Part shown: positions 38,842 through 52,041 of the stretch, piece by piece
Layout of the letters: every line of letters starts with the position of its first letter
Numbering within the stretch: position 1 is the stretch's first letter
Origin: Octopus sinensis
Taxonomy: Eukaryota
Assembly: GCF_006345805.1 (NCBI RefSeq)
Contig: NC_043008.1
Span: forward strand, 72,044,001 to 72,108,000
Direction: 5' to 3'
Length of the DNA stretch: 64,000 nucleotides
Program-made: the position numbers and the translations under genes
The notes under the pieces: model-generated
The model's input: only the letters and a program-made list of their open reading frames with translations
What the model was told of the DNA's origin: nothing
The model's database searches: none

Positions 38842-38954
38842 ATGTATTTGGTCAATCAAGCGAACCCTCATTGTTCGCGTGTATTTGGTCAATCTAGCGA
38901 GCCCTGGTCACATGTAGTTGGTCAATCTAGCGATCCCTCATTGGTCGCATGCAC
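38842..38954 (+). repeat. Minisatellite, 3 copies of a 33-37 bp unit
   Basis: RTGTAKTTGGTCAATCWAGCGANCCCT.. repeated three times. Confidence 0.85.
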
Positions 38955-41266
38955 AATTTTGGACAAAATCCTTAAAAATAAAATTTTTTGCCAAAATAAC
39001 TAAATTATGATACCATTCACATGGTACTGTTGCTTCTCTGTCACGATTTATGACAGAAATGTATTTAAAAAGCTTAACGTTTCTGGGACAATAACAAAAA
39101 ATCGTAACAGTGGAGGTCACACCACTATCATCACTCACGTATCCATGAATATTGTGTGATAGTGCAGAATGAGAGCATTCAGCACAATAAGAAAGCAATA
39201 TGGAACATGAGTAATAAGAATATTTTAATAACTCTACAAACACAGACTGGCCCGGGTGATGAGGGATTCACTGATGCTTTAAAATAGTAAACTTATTGAA
39301 ATATCCTGGGATTGAAAAGATCTCAGATTTATGGCTGAAGCAACAAATCAGTCAGCTTCTTTTATGTGGAAGCATTCATTGAAGCGGTAAGCAGACCAAA
39401 ATCAACGCCTGACTGCATGCAGGAGAAGATAACAACATTAATTCTTTTAAATTTCTAGAATCCTCAATATCTAGAAGTTTATAAATTGCCTGCCGTTAAC
39501 AATGTCCTTACATCCATTTTCTCCAACAAGATGAGGTTACCCAACACGAGAATGATATGTATTACTTGAAGGATCTATAACACTGAAAAATGCAACAACT
39601 GAAATAGACTCCGATAGAAGAAATTAAAAGAAGTAAGGATTGACTAAAATATCGGCATTAAAGGTCAGGCTGATGCATGAGAAACTCTACATAAGCACAA
39701 GAGACTGTGAAATACCACAGTATTAACCAACTATAGTACAAGGCAAAGAGAAAGTAATAAAGCTAGCTGCATAATCACAAGAAAACTTATTTACCAGAAT
39801 AAATCATTTATCCTTTCTTTATGAGTAATCTCCCCTGACAAACGGCCATCTATAACGTGGTTATGGCGGCATACCAGAAACATAACAGAAGCATACAAAC
39901 CCACTATTATGAATATTCTGAAAATTAATTGGCACGATATGAAACACATGAATTAAATAATTCTGTATAATAAGGTATTTCTTGCTTAATTTCATAGTAA
40001 TTTTGACGTAAGAAACTCTAAAGAAGCCTCTTGAGTATTGATCAAACGAAGAACATGATTAGGTGACAGGTAGCAACCGTTTGGTCAGAGTCATTCTCTT
40101 AGATACTGCTATTTCTTAATTATTTTGTTGCACTAACGGAGTCTTCTATGAACGATGTTAGGGTCTTAGTAATCCCCAAACTTATTTTAGTCAAAGAGTT
40201 TAAATTAGTGTTTCTATTGTTTTCCTGTATTTCATTAAATTTCATCTAATATTTGGGAAAGAAATAAATTATTCGTAATTTCGTGTAAAGAGTTAAAACT
40301 ATAGGTTGCATTTAACAATAAGCTTCATATAACGCTGATATTTTCACATTTATATCTTACACATATTTTCCAAAGAAATCTAACATCAAATATGGATCAA
40401 ATGCAATGGTTCAAGGAAGAATTGGATTATTGAAAGAAGTTGTCAATCCTTGAACCTTTATGCTCCCTAACAAACTCGGGGATATATTCTTCAAAAGAAC
40501 GAACTCTGATATTTGCAAGTGTATTAACAATAGCAAACTTTTTGATTTTACTGCAACTATGAGCTTCAGGTAGCTTTTAGTCTCATTTTCAAATGTCTTT
40601 TAATCTTCGTTTCTCATTCTACCATCTACTCGCTCTCTCTCATTCTCTTTCTATTACTACTCTCTCTTCTCTTTAACTCTCCCTTCTCTCTTCTCTCTCT
40701 CTCTCTCTCTCTCTCTAAAAGTGGCTTTATTGATGTTCAAGCCTGCAATACAATTTCAACAACAGCAACAACAAGAACGACAACGACAGCGACGTCACCG
40801 ACAAGAAAAATAACACTAAAGATTTCAACGCTAAAAACATTACAATAAAAAAGCTACAAGAAGTCAAAGAAAAACAAAGGGGAAGTTGCATTAGAAAAAA
40901 AGCATGATAAAAAGAAAAGAAAACAGAATTTCGCTGAACGGGGAAATTTTGAGAAATCACATCTGAAGAAATATATAATGAAATGTCAAGAACGTATTAG
41001 CATCAGCAGCACAACCCCCAGCATCATCACGAGTATTATAATCACCAGCTTCACTACTATCATCTCCATTACCATCTGTATCATCATCATGACTATCATC
41101 ACCATCACCATGAACGACAATGCCTCAGTAATCACCAGCAACACCGACAATATCAATACCAACATTAACACCATATCCACCATAGTCATTATAGCTACCA
41201 CAATTATTGTCATATATACTAGCACAGCTATGCTCACTCTCTCCATCTCTAGAATACCAGAGGTCT

Positions 41267-41325
<59 letters not shown>

Positions 41326-41326
<1 letters not shown>

Positions 41327-41672
41327 GGCGCTGGCATCACTGTGTGTTAAAAACTTGCTTTCCATCCGCATTGTTCCGAGTTCATTGCCACTGCATGACA
41401 CACTGAGCAAGTGTCTGGCCGACGAAGCCCTTGTGAGTAGATTTGGTATACGGAAACTGGAAGAAGCCTGTCGCATATATATAAAATTGTGTGTGTGTAT
41501 TCCTGTCCCCCACCTCATCATTGCTTAACAATCGATGCTGGTGCGTTTCTGTCACCGTGATTTAGCAGTTCGGCAAAAAAGACTGTTATTATAAGTCCTA
41601 GGCTTACAAAAAATAAGTCTGAAGTGGTGCTCCAGCATGACCGCAGTCAAATGACTGAAACAAGTAAACGAA
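41326..41672 (+). mobile_element. tRNA-derived SINE (12925 family), diverged
   Basis: Homologous head, internal microsatellite and GGTGCTCCAGCATGACCGCAGTCAAATGACTGAAACAAG tail. Confidence 0.85.
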
Positions 41673-42321
41673 TTGGAAAATATATATATATGTGTGTGTT
41701 TGTGTGTGTGTGTGGGTTGTTGAAAATGCATCTAAATTTCAAAATCTCGTAAATGTTTAAAATATATTTATTTACATATATACCGACCTAGTTTCAACAT
41801 TATTTTTTGTTTATCAATGGTAAAAGTTTAAAATTAGAAAAAAAAATCATCTTTAAAAGTTTCGCTGTTGAGAAAATAAATGTCTCAATGTTGACAAATT
41901 AAAATGTTCCAATGTTGATAAATTAACATGTTGAAAACAGAAGGTGTACGTTTAAATGCTCATAGCAGTAAATACAATTAAAACTGTATATCAATATATT
42001 TGAATATACAAAGTTCATTAATTTTAGTGGTGGTCGATAAGTCATACTGAAAACAAAAGGGTGAAATGAAAATAGTTAAAAAAAAGGGGGAATTTGGTTT
42101 ACAGTATCTCTGATCCTCTTCTAATAGACGCTTTCTCTTGGTATATTTTGGGATCAGATGAAGTTATAATTTTTTTTCCGCAAACGGATCTGATTTTTGA
42201 TTAGTTAAAATACCGGTGACGTTTTTTTTCCTCCGTGGTCAAGCATGTCGTTCAGCTTGGTTTCCTTGTGGATACGGTCATAAATCGTTCCGGTTGGTTG
42301 GTTGTCTTAAAGGGTCATTTC

Positions 42322-42455
42322 GTGTGTGTGTGTGTGTTGTATTCGCTGAAGTCCTGCTTTGATTGGTCTGGAGTTAGGTAACGTCAGCAACTGGTGTTTG
42401 TAACTCCAGACAATCAAAACCGAACTTCAGCGAATACAACACACACACACACACA
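42322..42455. repeat. Compact hairpin with ~55-bp arms and 24-nt loop
   Basis: (GT)nTGTATTCGCTGAAGTCCTGCTTTGATTGGTCTGGAGTTA (to 42376) pairs with TAACTCCAGACAATCAAAACCGAACTTCAGCGAATACA(AC)n (from 42401), with 3 mismatches and 1 indel. Confidence 0.92.
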
Positions 42456-42492
42456 CACGCACAAACACACACACATACACACACACAAACAC

Positions 42493-42539
<47 letters not shown>

Positions 42540-42540
<1 letters not shown>

Positions 42541-43061
42541 CGAAGTAATGGCACAAAGCAATTTAGGTTACTTGAGATATGTTTCTCACATATTTCACCT
42601 GCTAAATGCAAATACACTGCAAATTCCGAGTTCGTTCATTGTCACCATCACTCGGGAATCTCAGACATCGATGTTTCAAGTTTATTGACTCTTTCAAATT
42701 GGGATTATGCGTGAACGCTGCTTTCTGCCATTACTTCGTTGTTATTTTTCTCGATCTACCAGCGATCTACTAGCGCAAATCAGTTAACATGTTGGCTGAA
42801 TTATATATAAAGCTATAAGCTTTATTTAGTTCGTTCAGAGTTGCATCTCATTAGTAGATCTCAACGACAAGAGATAAAAAACTCGAGACATCGATGTCTA
42901 AGAGTCCCGAGAGATTGCGACACTGAATGATTTGGGTATTTTTACCTTCTCCATGGTAACTGCAGTGTATTTGCTTTTAGCAGTTAAAGTATGTGAGAAA
43001 CACAGTTCAACTAACCTAAATTGTGATTATATGTAAACGCTGCTCTGTGCCATTACTTCGT
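42540..43061. mobile_element. MITE-like element with long imperfect TIRs
   Basis: Termini ACGAAGTAATGGCACAAAGCA / TGCTCTGTGCCATTACTTCGT. Inverted similarity extends ~140 bp. TA-rich flanks. Confidence 0.75.
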
Positions 43062-43062
43062 C

Positions 43063-43130
<68 letters not shown>

Positions 43131-43149
43131 TATATATATATAATATATA

Positions 43150-43230
<81 letters not shown>

Positions 43231-43253
43231 TGTATGTATGTATGTATGTATGT

Positions 43254-44852
43254 ATGAGCAGGGCCATCAAAAAAATGTCCATCGGCAAAGTTCCAGGCTC
43301 TGACGCCATCCCTGCAGAGGTGTTCAAATCGGGCGGCCCCACCATGATCAGTCAGCTCACCAGCCTGTTCCAGTCGATGTGGGACAAGGAACAACTCCCT
43401 CAAGATTTCCGGGACGCAACAATCTTCCACATTTATAAGCGGAAAGGAGATCGGCAGTCCTGCGACAACTACCGAGGAATCTCCCTCTTGTCCATAGCAG
43501 GCAAGATCCTGGCCCGACTCCTGCTTGACCGCATTCTGGAACACTTGGAGCAAGGCCTTCTCCCTGAGAGCCAGTGTGGCATCCGCGCGGGTCGAGGGAC
43601 CACTGACATGATATTCGCCGCCCGCCAGCTCCAGGAGAAATTCATGGAGCAGCATCTTGACCTCTGCATGACCTTTGTTGACCTCACCAGGGCTTTCGAT
43701 ACAGTCAGTCGGGAGGGACTCTGGAAGGTCATAGGAAAATTTGGTTGCCCAAGCAAATTTATTGCAACTGTCCGCCAGTTCCACGACGGAATGACAGCCA
43801 GAGTCCTTGAAGACGGCAACTCATCTGAAGCCTTCCAGGTGACCAACGGAGTCAGGCAGGGCTGTGTCCTGGCACCAACACTGTTCAGCATCATGTTCTC
43901 GGCAATGCTGTCCAACGCCTTCAGGGACTGCAAGTCCGGTATCGACATCAAGTACAGGACGGACGGGAAAATTTTCAACTCCAGAAGATGGCAGGCCGTC
44001 ACAAAGGGGAGGGAGACAGTCGTCAGAGACTTTCTCTTTGCTGACGACTGCACCCTTAACGCAATCAATGAGCAGGAGATGCAGCTCGGGATGGACAGGT
44101 TCTCATCAGCCTGTGACAACTTCGGTCTCACCATCAGTGCCAAGAAAATCGAAGTGATGTTTCAGGCAGCTCCCGGCAAACAATACCATGAGCCTCAGAT
44201 AAAGGTTAACGGACGGATCCTACGAGCGGTGGAAAACTTCACCTACCTGGGCAGCACTCTCTCCTGCAATGCCAACATAGATGCTGAAATCATCAACAAA
44301 ATCTCCAAGGCAAGCAGCGCGTTTGGGAGACTGCGAAAGAAAGTCTGGGATCGGAGAGGAATCAGCCTCAACACCAAGCTGAAAGTCCCCCGGGCAGTCG
44401 TGCTTACCACCCTACTATACGGCTGCGAGACGTGGACTGCTTACCGAAGGCACGAGCGCCAGATAAACCACTTCCACCTCAGGTGTCTTCGGAACCTCCT
44501 TCACATCCGCTGGCAGGACAAAGTCCCAGACACGGAAGTTCTGAAGCAGGCAGATCTCCCTAGCACCATGACGATCATGCGAAAGGCCCAGCTGAGATGG
44601 GCAGGCCACGTCTCCCGCATGTCCGACACTCGCATCCCAAAACAGCTCTTCTACGGTGAACTCAGCCAGGGCAAACGCAAAGTCGGAGGGCAGAAGAAGC
44701 GCTTCAAGGACAGTCTCAAAGTCTCTCTCAAAGACTTCTCCATCGGCACAGAGACTTGGGAGACACTTGCTGCCGACCGCTCATCCTGGCGCAGCGCAAT
44801 CACCACAGGAGCAAAGACAGCCGAGGAGAGACGGATTCAGCCAGCAGAATAG
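43254..44852 (+). CDS. RTE reverse transcriptase (partial, endonuclease missing, premature stop before the zinc finger)
   Basis: [65 protein letters not shown] and QLRWAGHV. The MYVC-repeat N-terminus of the tracked ORF is microsatellite read-through. Confidence 0.92.
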   Translation: MSRAIKKMSIGKVPGSDAIPAEVFKSGGPTMISQLTSLFQSMWDKEQLPQDFRDATIFHIYKRKGDRQSCDNYRGISLLSIAGKILARLLLDRILEHLEQGLLPESQCGIRAGRGTTDMIFAARQLQEKFMEQHLDLCMTFVDLTRAFDTVSREGLWKVIGKFGCPSKFIATVRQFHDGMTARVLEDGNSSEAFQVTNGVRQGCVLAPTLFSIMFSAMLSNAFRDCKSGIDIKYRTDGKIFNSRRWQAVTKGRETVVRDFLFADDCTLNAINEQEMQLGMDRFSSACDNFGLTISAKKIEVMFQAAPGKQYHEPQIKVNGRILRAVENFTYLGSTLSCNANIDAEIINKISKASSAFGRLRKKVWDRRGISLNTKLKVPRAVVLTTLLYGCETWTAYRRHERQINHFHLRCLRNLLHIRWQDKVPDTEVLKQADLPSTMTIMRKAQLRWAGHVSRMSDTRIPKQLFYGELSQGKRKVGGQKKRFKDSLKVSLKDFSIGTETWETLAADRSSWRSAITTGAKTAEERRIQPAE

Positions 44853-45030
44853 AAACGCCAGATGCAGAAAGCCAGAGCCACCTGCACCAATAGCACAGCC
44901 CCTACCCACTTCTGCCCCACTTGTGGGAGGGCTTTCTTGCCCGGATTGGCCTCACCAGCCACCTCCGGTCTCATAGCAGCAATTCCACCAAATGATGTCA
45001 ATGGTCATCTTCGAACCCGTAGGACGAACA
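43256..45030 (+). mobile_element. RTE-clade LINE, 5'-truncated, young
   Basis: GC-rich RT ORF, a downstream C2H2-like remnant (HFCPTCGRAFL, frameshifted, then GLTSHLRSH), and a 3' UTR ending GTCATCTTCGAACCCGTAGGACGAACA. Inserted in (TATG)n. Confidence 0.93.
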
Positions 45031-45094
45031 TTTATGTATGTATAAGTATGTGTGTGTATACATGCATACATATATGCATAATGTATATGTATAT

Positions 45095-45976
45095 AATTAA
45101 GACTGTTGTTGTAAATTACGCAAAAATGAAAGTAACACTAACATCTTATTTTAACAGATATATTTACCAAAATTATATAAAAAATATCTTCCCTTACTGA
45201 AGAGTAAATTTATTTAATAAAATCCCCTTTAGCTTTAACCACAACCTCCAGACAATTTCGGAAACTCCTGCAAATCTTCTGGAGACTCTCCTTGTTAATT
45301 TAGGTGAAATATGCCATAATCCTTGCATTCATTTCATCTTCGGTGTTACAAGGAGTTTTCTGTGTCTTTCACCCAACTGTACCCTTCACATAAGAATCAA
45401 GGAGGTTGCAGTCTGGGGAGTTAGGTGGCCAGATATTACGGGTGATGTGGTCGGAGAAATTGCCTAACAGCCATTACTGGGTTGTCGTGCTTGTGTGGTT
45501 TGGTGCAGATTGCTGTTGACAGACATATGATCTTCTAACAGCCATCCCCTTCATCCAAGACAGCGCTACTTCCTCCAGGTACTTGATGTAGGGCTCAGTG
45601 TTGATTGTAAGGCCGTATAGGAAGAGGAATGGTGGCCTAACGTGGCCATCAGTAGTGATCATTCTATTAACCATCACGTTGACTGGTGCTTGATTTTTAC
45701 CACTCTCGGTATATGTCCTCAGATTGCACTTTCCTCAGATTCACAGCTGCATATTCTGAAATGTTCATATTGGGACTTCCGGCGCAAATGCAAAGCAGTA
45801 CAGCATGCCATTTCAAAATTTCTGGCTGAGTGAATTGCATCATGGTGCTGTTTTCCTCAAACACGGTGCCCAACTGACCCTACTGTACTGTATAGTCGAT
45901 AAAATCAGAAACAATCAATTCGCATGCGCAAAGTTATAAAAATGTAAAATGTTGACAATTTACCCGTCGGACGCTG

Positions 45977-45978
<2 letters not shown>
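45095..45978 (-). mobile_element. maT/DD37D Tc1-mariner remnant (internally deleted)
   Basis: Minus strand GHVRPPFLF..YIKYLEEV..VCQQQSAPNHTS..WPPNSPDCNLLD, with 37 residues between the second (mutated) and third catalytic positions. Right TIR-like end CAGCGTCCGACGGGTAAATTGTC on the minus strand; the left boundary is uncertain. Confidence 0.78.
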
Positions 45979-46020
<42 letters not shown>

Positions 46021-46024
46021 ATAT

Positions 46025-46148
46025 ATACGACGGGCTTCTTTCAGTCTACTAAATCCAGTCACAAGCCACTTGCTGAAAGTGTCACGCATTAGGATTGAAC
46101 CTAGAACCATGTGGCTAGGAAGCAATCGTCTTATCACACTCCTGCACC

Positions 46149-46149
<1 letters not shown>
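46025..46149 (-). mobile_element. 5' fragment of a 12925-family SINE
   Basis: Homologous to 48828-48992, with internal deletions. Confidence 0.65.
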
Positions 46150-46191
<42 letters not shown>

Positions 46192-46569
46192 TGTGTGTGT
46201 GTCTTCTGTTTCCTAATGATTATAAATCTTCCATTGACGAGGGAGCCGGCTTCCAAAAAAGAACAAGGCTTCATCTTTGTAATCTAGTTAACAAAGACAA
46301 ATTCACATTGGAACTTGAGAAAAGTCTTGCACATTTTTAATGTTCCACTGACAGAGTGCACTTTTAATGTACGAATATCTGGTTCATTCCACTTTCTGAA
46401 AATCTAATTTGATCCAGATTAACCTTTAAGCATTTACAAACAAGAGCTATTATTATTGGTTGGAATAAAATTTCATAGTCTGGATGTAGAAGCTGGAGGT
46501 TTCGAAGCAATTTTCCATAGATATTCTATTTTTCTCTGAATTTCAAACAGATATTTATATTTGCAGGGC

Positions 46570-47225
46570 TGATGACCTTATTTGACGGTACATACGTTTA
46601 CACCTCTGTACCAAACAACAATAGCCGTCCTGTTATATTTACATTTGACAGACGTTTTGATGGGAATATTCCACCAGTATCCCTTGAGTGGGTGTTTAGG
46701 AATGTATTCCATAACAAAGCCAACACATGCGGTTGCACCTTGGGATTAAAAGAGCGTCATTGTCTCTCTCTTGTTCACCCGGTACTTTGTGGCAATTTCC
46801 TGTTTCTGGATTGCAAACGCATAGCCTTCAAAGCATGTGTCCAAGTGAAGCTGTGCTTATTGTCAAATCTACTGTATTCTTGAAGCGAACGGGCTCGCAA
46901 GAGTATAAAACTTATACAGGGGCTTCAGAGAATTCATCTAAAGACACTTCTATTCCCACAGAAATTATTTCTGATACCCCGAGAACAGGACAGCAAAATA
47001 TGTCTGGGAATCGAAACAGAATGAGACCCGTCCTTTCAATATAACCTGGAAAATTCTCAAAAAGACATCAGCATACAGACATGAAGCTTATAAAAGACCT
47101 ATGAAATGTAACTTTTGCCTCTCAGAGAAGTTCTTCATCTTGTTGCAGGATAAAAACGTTTTGAACAAGTGACGCGAGCTCGTAAATTCCTGCCGGCACG
47201 CCACAGAATTTCAAATTGCAACCGA
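46570..47225 (+). mobile_element. Penelope-like GIY-YIG endonuclease and linker fragment
   Basis: KLCLLSNLLYS, KTYTGASENS and ITWKILKKTSAY..KCNFCLSEKFFIL..LNK*RELVNSCRH across frameshifts. Confidence 0.75.
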
Positions 47226-48657
47226 CAAAATACCGTATGGGTAATATGTTTTTACTTTCGAAATATACTTTTTGACTATTGCATTTGAATTTGACTTTAC
47301 ACAGTATTGTTATTTTGCATCGAAACGCTAATTGCGACTCCATTTTTAAGAAAACCTTCGACTGTTTATAAATTCAAATATAATTTTAAACTTGAGCTTT
47401 ACCGAGATTTAATTTTATCATTTTATTTCTATTTTTATTTTTATTCACGCATTTAATTATGTTACATCAAATTAATGTACAATTTATTTATTTTAATATT
47501 ATACACACCGAACAGTATTTTTTAAAGATTTTTTATATATATACGTTGTGATGTAGATGTGCCCCTATATATTTATTGTATGTATGTTTTGTAGGTATGT
47601 ATATGCATGTATGTGTGTGTACGTATATATATGCGCGTTTGTATGTGTATATATACATATATATATACGCATGCATATATGTGTATGTATATGTGTGTAT
47701 ACTTTTATATATGTGATCATCTATTTGCGTACATATATTTATATTTTTTGTATATTTGTTTGAGTATCTATACGTATGTATATTTGTATGCAAATTTATA
47801 CTTATGTAGATATAAATATGATTTTTGCGTGCGTTTTTATGTGTTCATTTTGCAAGTTCTATGAAGTATCTAAATGTTGATGGTTACTTTCGGGCGTCAT
47901 TACGTAGCATCCTCTGCCCCAATCTATTTTACCCCTTTCTCTCTCTAGTTCTCTGTTTCTCTTTCTTCCCTTTATTTTCTTTTTCTTCTCCACTGTTTTC
48001 TTCCGCCTTACCATACTGATTTTTCTTTCTCTTTCTTTCGCCTGTAACAACTAACTTGTAAGAACATGTGCCAGGAGATATGCGCATGCATGTGTGCATA
48101 TATATATATATATATATATGTCCTTTTTCTTTTTTTCTCGTACCTTCCTAATTCTGCTATCCTTCTGCTTCTACTTGTCTCATCTCCTTCCACGTGACCG
48201 TTGTTCTGCCAAGCCTGACATTTCTTTCTTGGTTCAACTACCATCCATTCAACATCTATATTTCTCCCCATGCCTGTCATCTCATATGTCACTGCCGTAA
48301 GGCATCACTTCCACACACGCCAGCTTAATTTATTTCGTCCTTAGTCGAAAGACCCCTATTGTTAATGTCCTGTTGTTTGCATTTGTATTTGTATACCACT
48401 TCTCCGTTTTTTCTGTCCTTGTTTTCGTATACATTCGCTGCTTTCTTCCAAGGAATCTAGTGCTCTTAACTTAGATGTTCCTTTGGGCCGGCCAGATTGT
48501 AGTAGAACCAGCGAAAACTGCCAAACTAATCTGGAACTCGACTGCAGAAAGAAAACACCGAACGACCCATTCTTATTTTTTCTTGTCCCTTTTGTATCAT
48601 CTAGCTGTCTGGGCGTTTTGTTGTCGCCTGTTGCCTTCTTGTCCCGTTTTTTGCATT

Positions 48658-48992
48658 CTGCGGCCATGCTGGAGCACCGCCTTTAATCGAGCAACTCGAC
48701 CCCGGGACTTATTCTTTTGTAAGCCGAGTACTTATTCTATAAACACACCAGCATCGGTTGTCAAGCAATGCTAGGGGGACAAACACAGACACACAAACAC
48801 ACACACGCATATATATATATACATATATACGACGGGCTTCTTTCAGTTTCCGTCTACCAAATCCACTCACAAGGCTTTGGTCGACCCGAGGCTATAGTAA
48901 AAGACACTCGCCCGAGGTGCCACGCAGTGGGACTGAATCCGGAACCATGTGGTTGGTAAACAAGGTACTTACCACACAGCCACTCCTGCGCC
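48658..48992 (-). mobile_element. tRNA-derived SINE (12925 family)
   Basis: Reverse complement of GGCGCAGGAGTGGCTGTGTGG...GGCGGTGCTCCAGCATGGCCGCAG, with an internal deletion. Confidence 0.88.
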
Positions 48993-49002
48993 TATATATA
49001 TA

Positions 49003-49100
<98 letters not shown>

Positions 49101-49544
49101 ATATTATAGATGGTATGGTATGTGCATATACTGCTAAATGTATATGAAATCCAACGTGAACATGCTTTTTAAACGGAAATAACTTTTAATGTATTTACTG
49201 ACTAACATTTTACAAATAATTATGTACCCTGGATATTTTGACTCTGTCTTTCTTTATAAGCTATTTTGAATTTAAGGTTTTCTCCGATTTTATAATAAGA
49301 TGATTTTATACCGAATTTTGCTCATTTCACACAACCGGTTAGTGTAAAGACCGTTAGTTGAAAGGACCAATGAAACAAAATCATTTTCAAATTTGCATCC
49401 ATTAAACTAATTGTACATATTTGCTTATAAACTTATGTTTGTTCTATTCGAAACAAAACTATCCGACGAACGGGAACGTGAACCTCTGAGTAACAGTTTT
49501 TTTTATATATTTGCTACTTTTTAATGAAGCATTACTATCTCTCT

Positions 49545-49576
<32 letters not shown>

Positions 49577-49583
49577 ATATCTA

Positions 49584-49623
<40 letters not shown>

Positions 49624-49846
49624 CACCGATTTATATGGATCTACCTAAGTTTACGCAGGTATATTTTTACAAATATTGGTGCATAAGAACATAATCTTAT
49701 ATATCAGTACACACGCACGCTCACATATATTTGTTCATCTGCACAAATACAAATATACGCATATATATATGAAACACACATACACACACACACATAAAGA
49801 TATATATTTATATATATGCATACACACACAAATACACACACCTACA

Positions 49847-51153
49847 TATAAGGGGTTACCGAAAAGTAGCCAGAAACTTTCTCTGTGGGGCAAGTTGTAG
49901 TTCAGACTTCTGCCGCTAGAACACACTTGGTGCGCCTTTCAGTCATCAGTCCGAGGACCGGTGTTATTGGGTGAATTTGACTGCCGTATGGTGTGTCTTT
50001 GTTTTGCAGTGCTTCTGCCCTGTTCGTTGATTTTTGCGATGGCTCTAACGAAGGTATAAAGTCCTTCTGTGAAATTCTGTTTTCTGCTGGGTAAAACAAT
50101 GGCCCAAACGGTTTTCATGCTTCAGATATTTTTCGAGGCCGTTTCCAAGAGGAAAACACAAGTTTACGAGAGATTTTAACGCTTTAGGAATGGTCACTTC
50201 TTACTTGAATACCAACTTCGTTCAGGGCGACCGTCGATCTTCCGAACGAATGAAAAACATCAGGAAAATCCATGAACTACTCTTGGAGGACCGTCGCCGA
50301 ATAATTGACGTGGTTGTTGATATTACTGGTGTGACGTGGAGCTCTTTTCAACGAATGTCAAGCCAGGAATTGCGAATGAAAAGAGTTGCATCAAAATTTG
50401 TGCCTCATGAAAGATCAAAAGCAGTCACGACTAAATGCGTATCGTGAACTGAAAGAACAGTTGGAAGTTGATCTGGACCTTTTTTCAAAGGTTATCACTA
50501 GTGAAGAAAGCTGCTGCTACAGCTACGACCCGGAAACGGAGCCGCAATCATGACAATGGCAGCATTCAATGTCACCATCCCCAAAAGAGCGCATGAAGTT
50601 AAGTCCAATGTCAAGATGCCACCGATTTGTTTAATTGATGGGAAAGGAATTCTCAATCCAGTATTTTTCTCTCCCGATCAAAATATTAACCAGATATTTT
50701 ACTTGGCAGTACTGAAGCGTTCGTGAGACACGGAGAGACAAAAACGTCCCGACCTGAGGCAAAGTGGAGAGTGGTGGCTTCAACACGACAATGTACCTAT
50801 GAGTGTGAGAATAATGTGCCTATGAGTGTTAGATAATTTTTGATCAAAATGACATGAACACACTTATCCACCCTCTCTGCGACATTTGTTTTTTGTTCAC
50901 CCGAACGAAAAATGCCCTTAAAGGAACATGTTTCGCAAATGTGGAAGAAGTGGAGAAAAAACGTCGGATGCGTAAAAAAGGCATCACATCGCAAGTGTTC
51001 CAGAACTGCTTCGAACAGTGGAAAACCCATCTGGACTAATGGATTGCTCCAGATGGAGAACAATCTGATAGTGATGAAAATATAAACACATAAAGTGAAT
51101 AAAATAATATTGCAAAATTCCCGGGGGTTCTTTGGTGGGGGTATCTTCTCCTA
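49847..51153 (+). mobile_element. Near full-length (~1.3 kb) decayed mariner
   Basis: KFCFLLGK, RSGRPS, RVASKFVP, ITSEESCCYSYDPET, WWLQHDN and LKGTCFANVEEV. Degenerate TIRs TATAAGGGGTTACCGAAAAG / GGGGGTATCTTCTCCTA. Confidence 0.85.
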
Positions 51154-51753
51154 TGTATAGACAGACATACATATATACATATATAGACTTTAAAAAATGG
51201 TTACATGAAATTTTGACACGATAGAAAATTTACAGATGTATATATAACAAATGTATTAATAAACAAATATATAAAATCGCACTTTGTCATGGGGAAAGAG
51301 GAATTATTGATATGTGCGTATAAAACTTTAGTAAGTAACATAGAGCAAAATAATAATAATAATAAAAATAACAGAAAACAATATCCTTAAAATGTCTGTA
51401 TGAGTAGACACTCAGAAAAATCTACACACTTATATCCAAACATACACGCATAGATTTTATTGTGCAAAACTACAGGATTTAAAGAAATATGTATGTGCCT
51501 ATGTATGTATACGAGTATAGGTATGTGTGTACGTGTTATATATATATACATGTGTGTTTGTGTGTGTATGTGTGTGCGCGCATGTGTGCGTATGTGCGTA
51601 CGTACAGCTATGTGTCTGAGTGTATGTGAACTTGTATATGAGAACGTGTTTTTTATGTATGTATATTTGTAAAAATACACAGGCTTAAACTTGTTTATAT
51701 CCATCTTAATCAGCACATGTACATGCTTTTCTATACATGCCTGTATTTTGTAT

Positions 51754-51791
<38 letters not shown>

Positions 51792-51992
51792 TCTTCAATA
51801 TCGGGATGGTCATTATTATTATTATTATATTTTTGAGAGTGCAAAAAAGAAAAAAATCATCCCGAAGTACAATATCTGTTTCAACACACGGTTTCACACC
51901 AGGAATCTGGCAACACAAATTCATATATAAATAAATATATACGTGTATGTGTACGCATGTATGAGTGTATATTTATATATATATATGTATAT

Positions 51993-52040
<48 letters not shown>

Positions 52041-52041
<1 letters not shown>

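Noticed and set aside
39480-39960. Possible LINE C-terminal remnant (..NILKINWHD)
   Set aside because: Only one short motif, so the family cannot be supported.
43053-44143. Long minus-strand ORFs (243 aa and 224 aa)
   Set aside because: Antisense shadows of the GC-rich RTE RT ORF, with no independent motifs.
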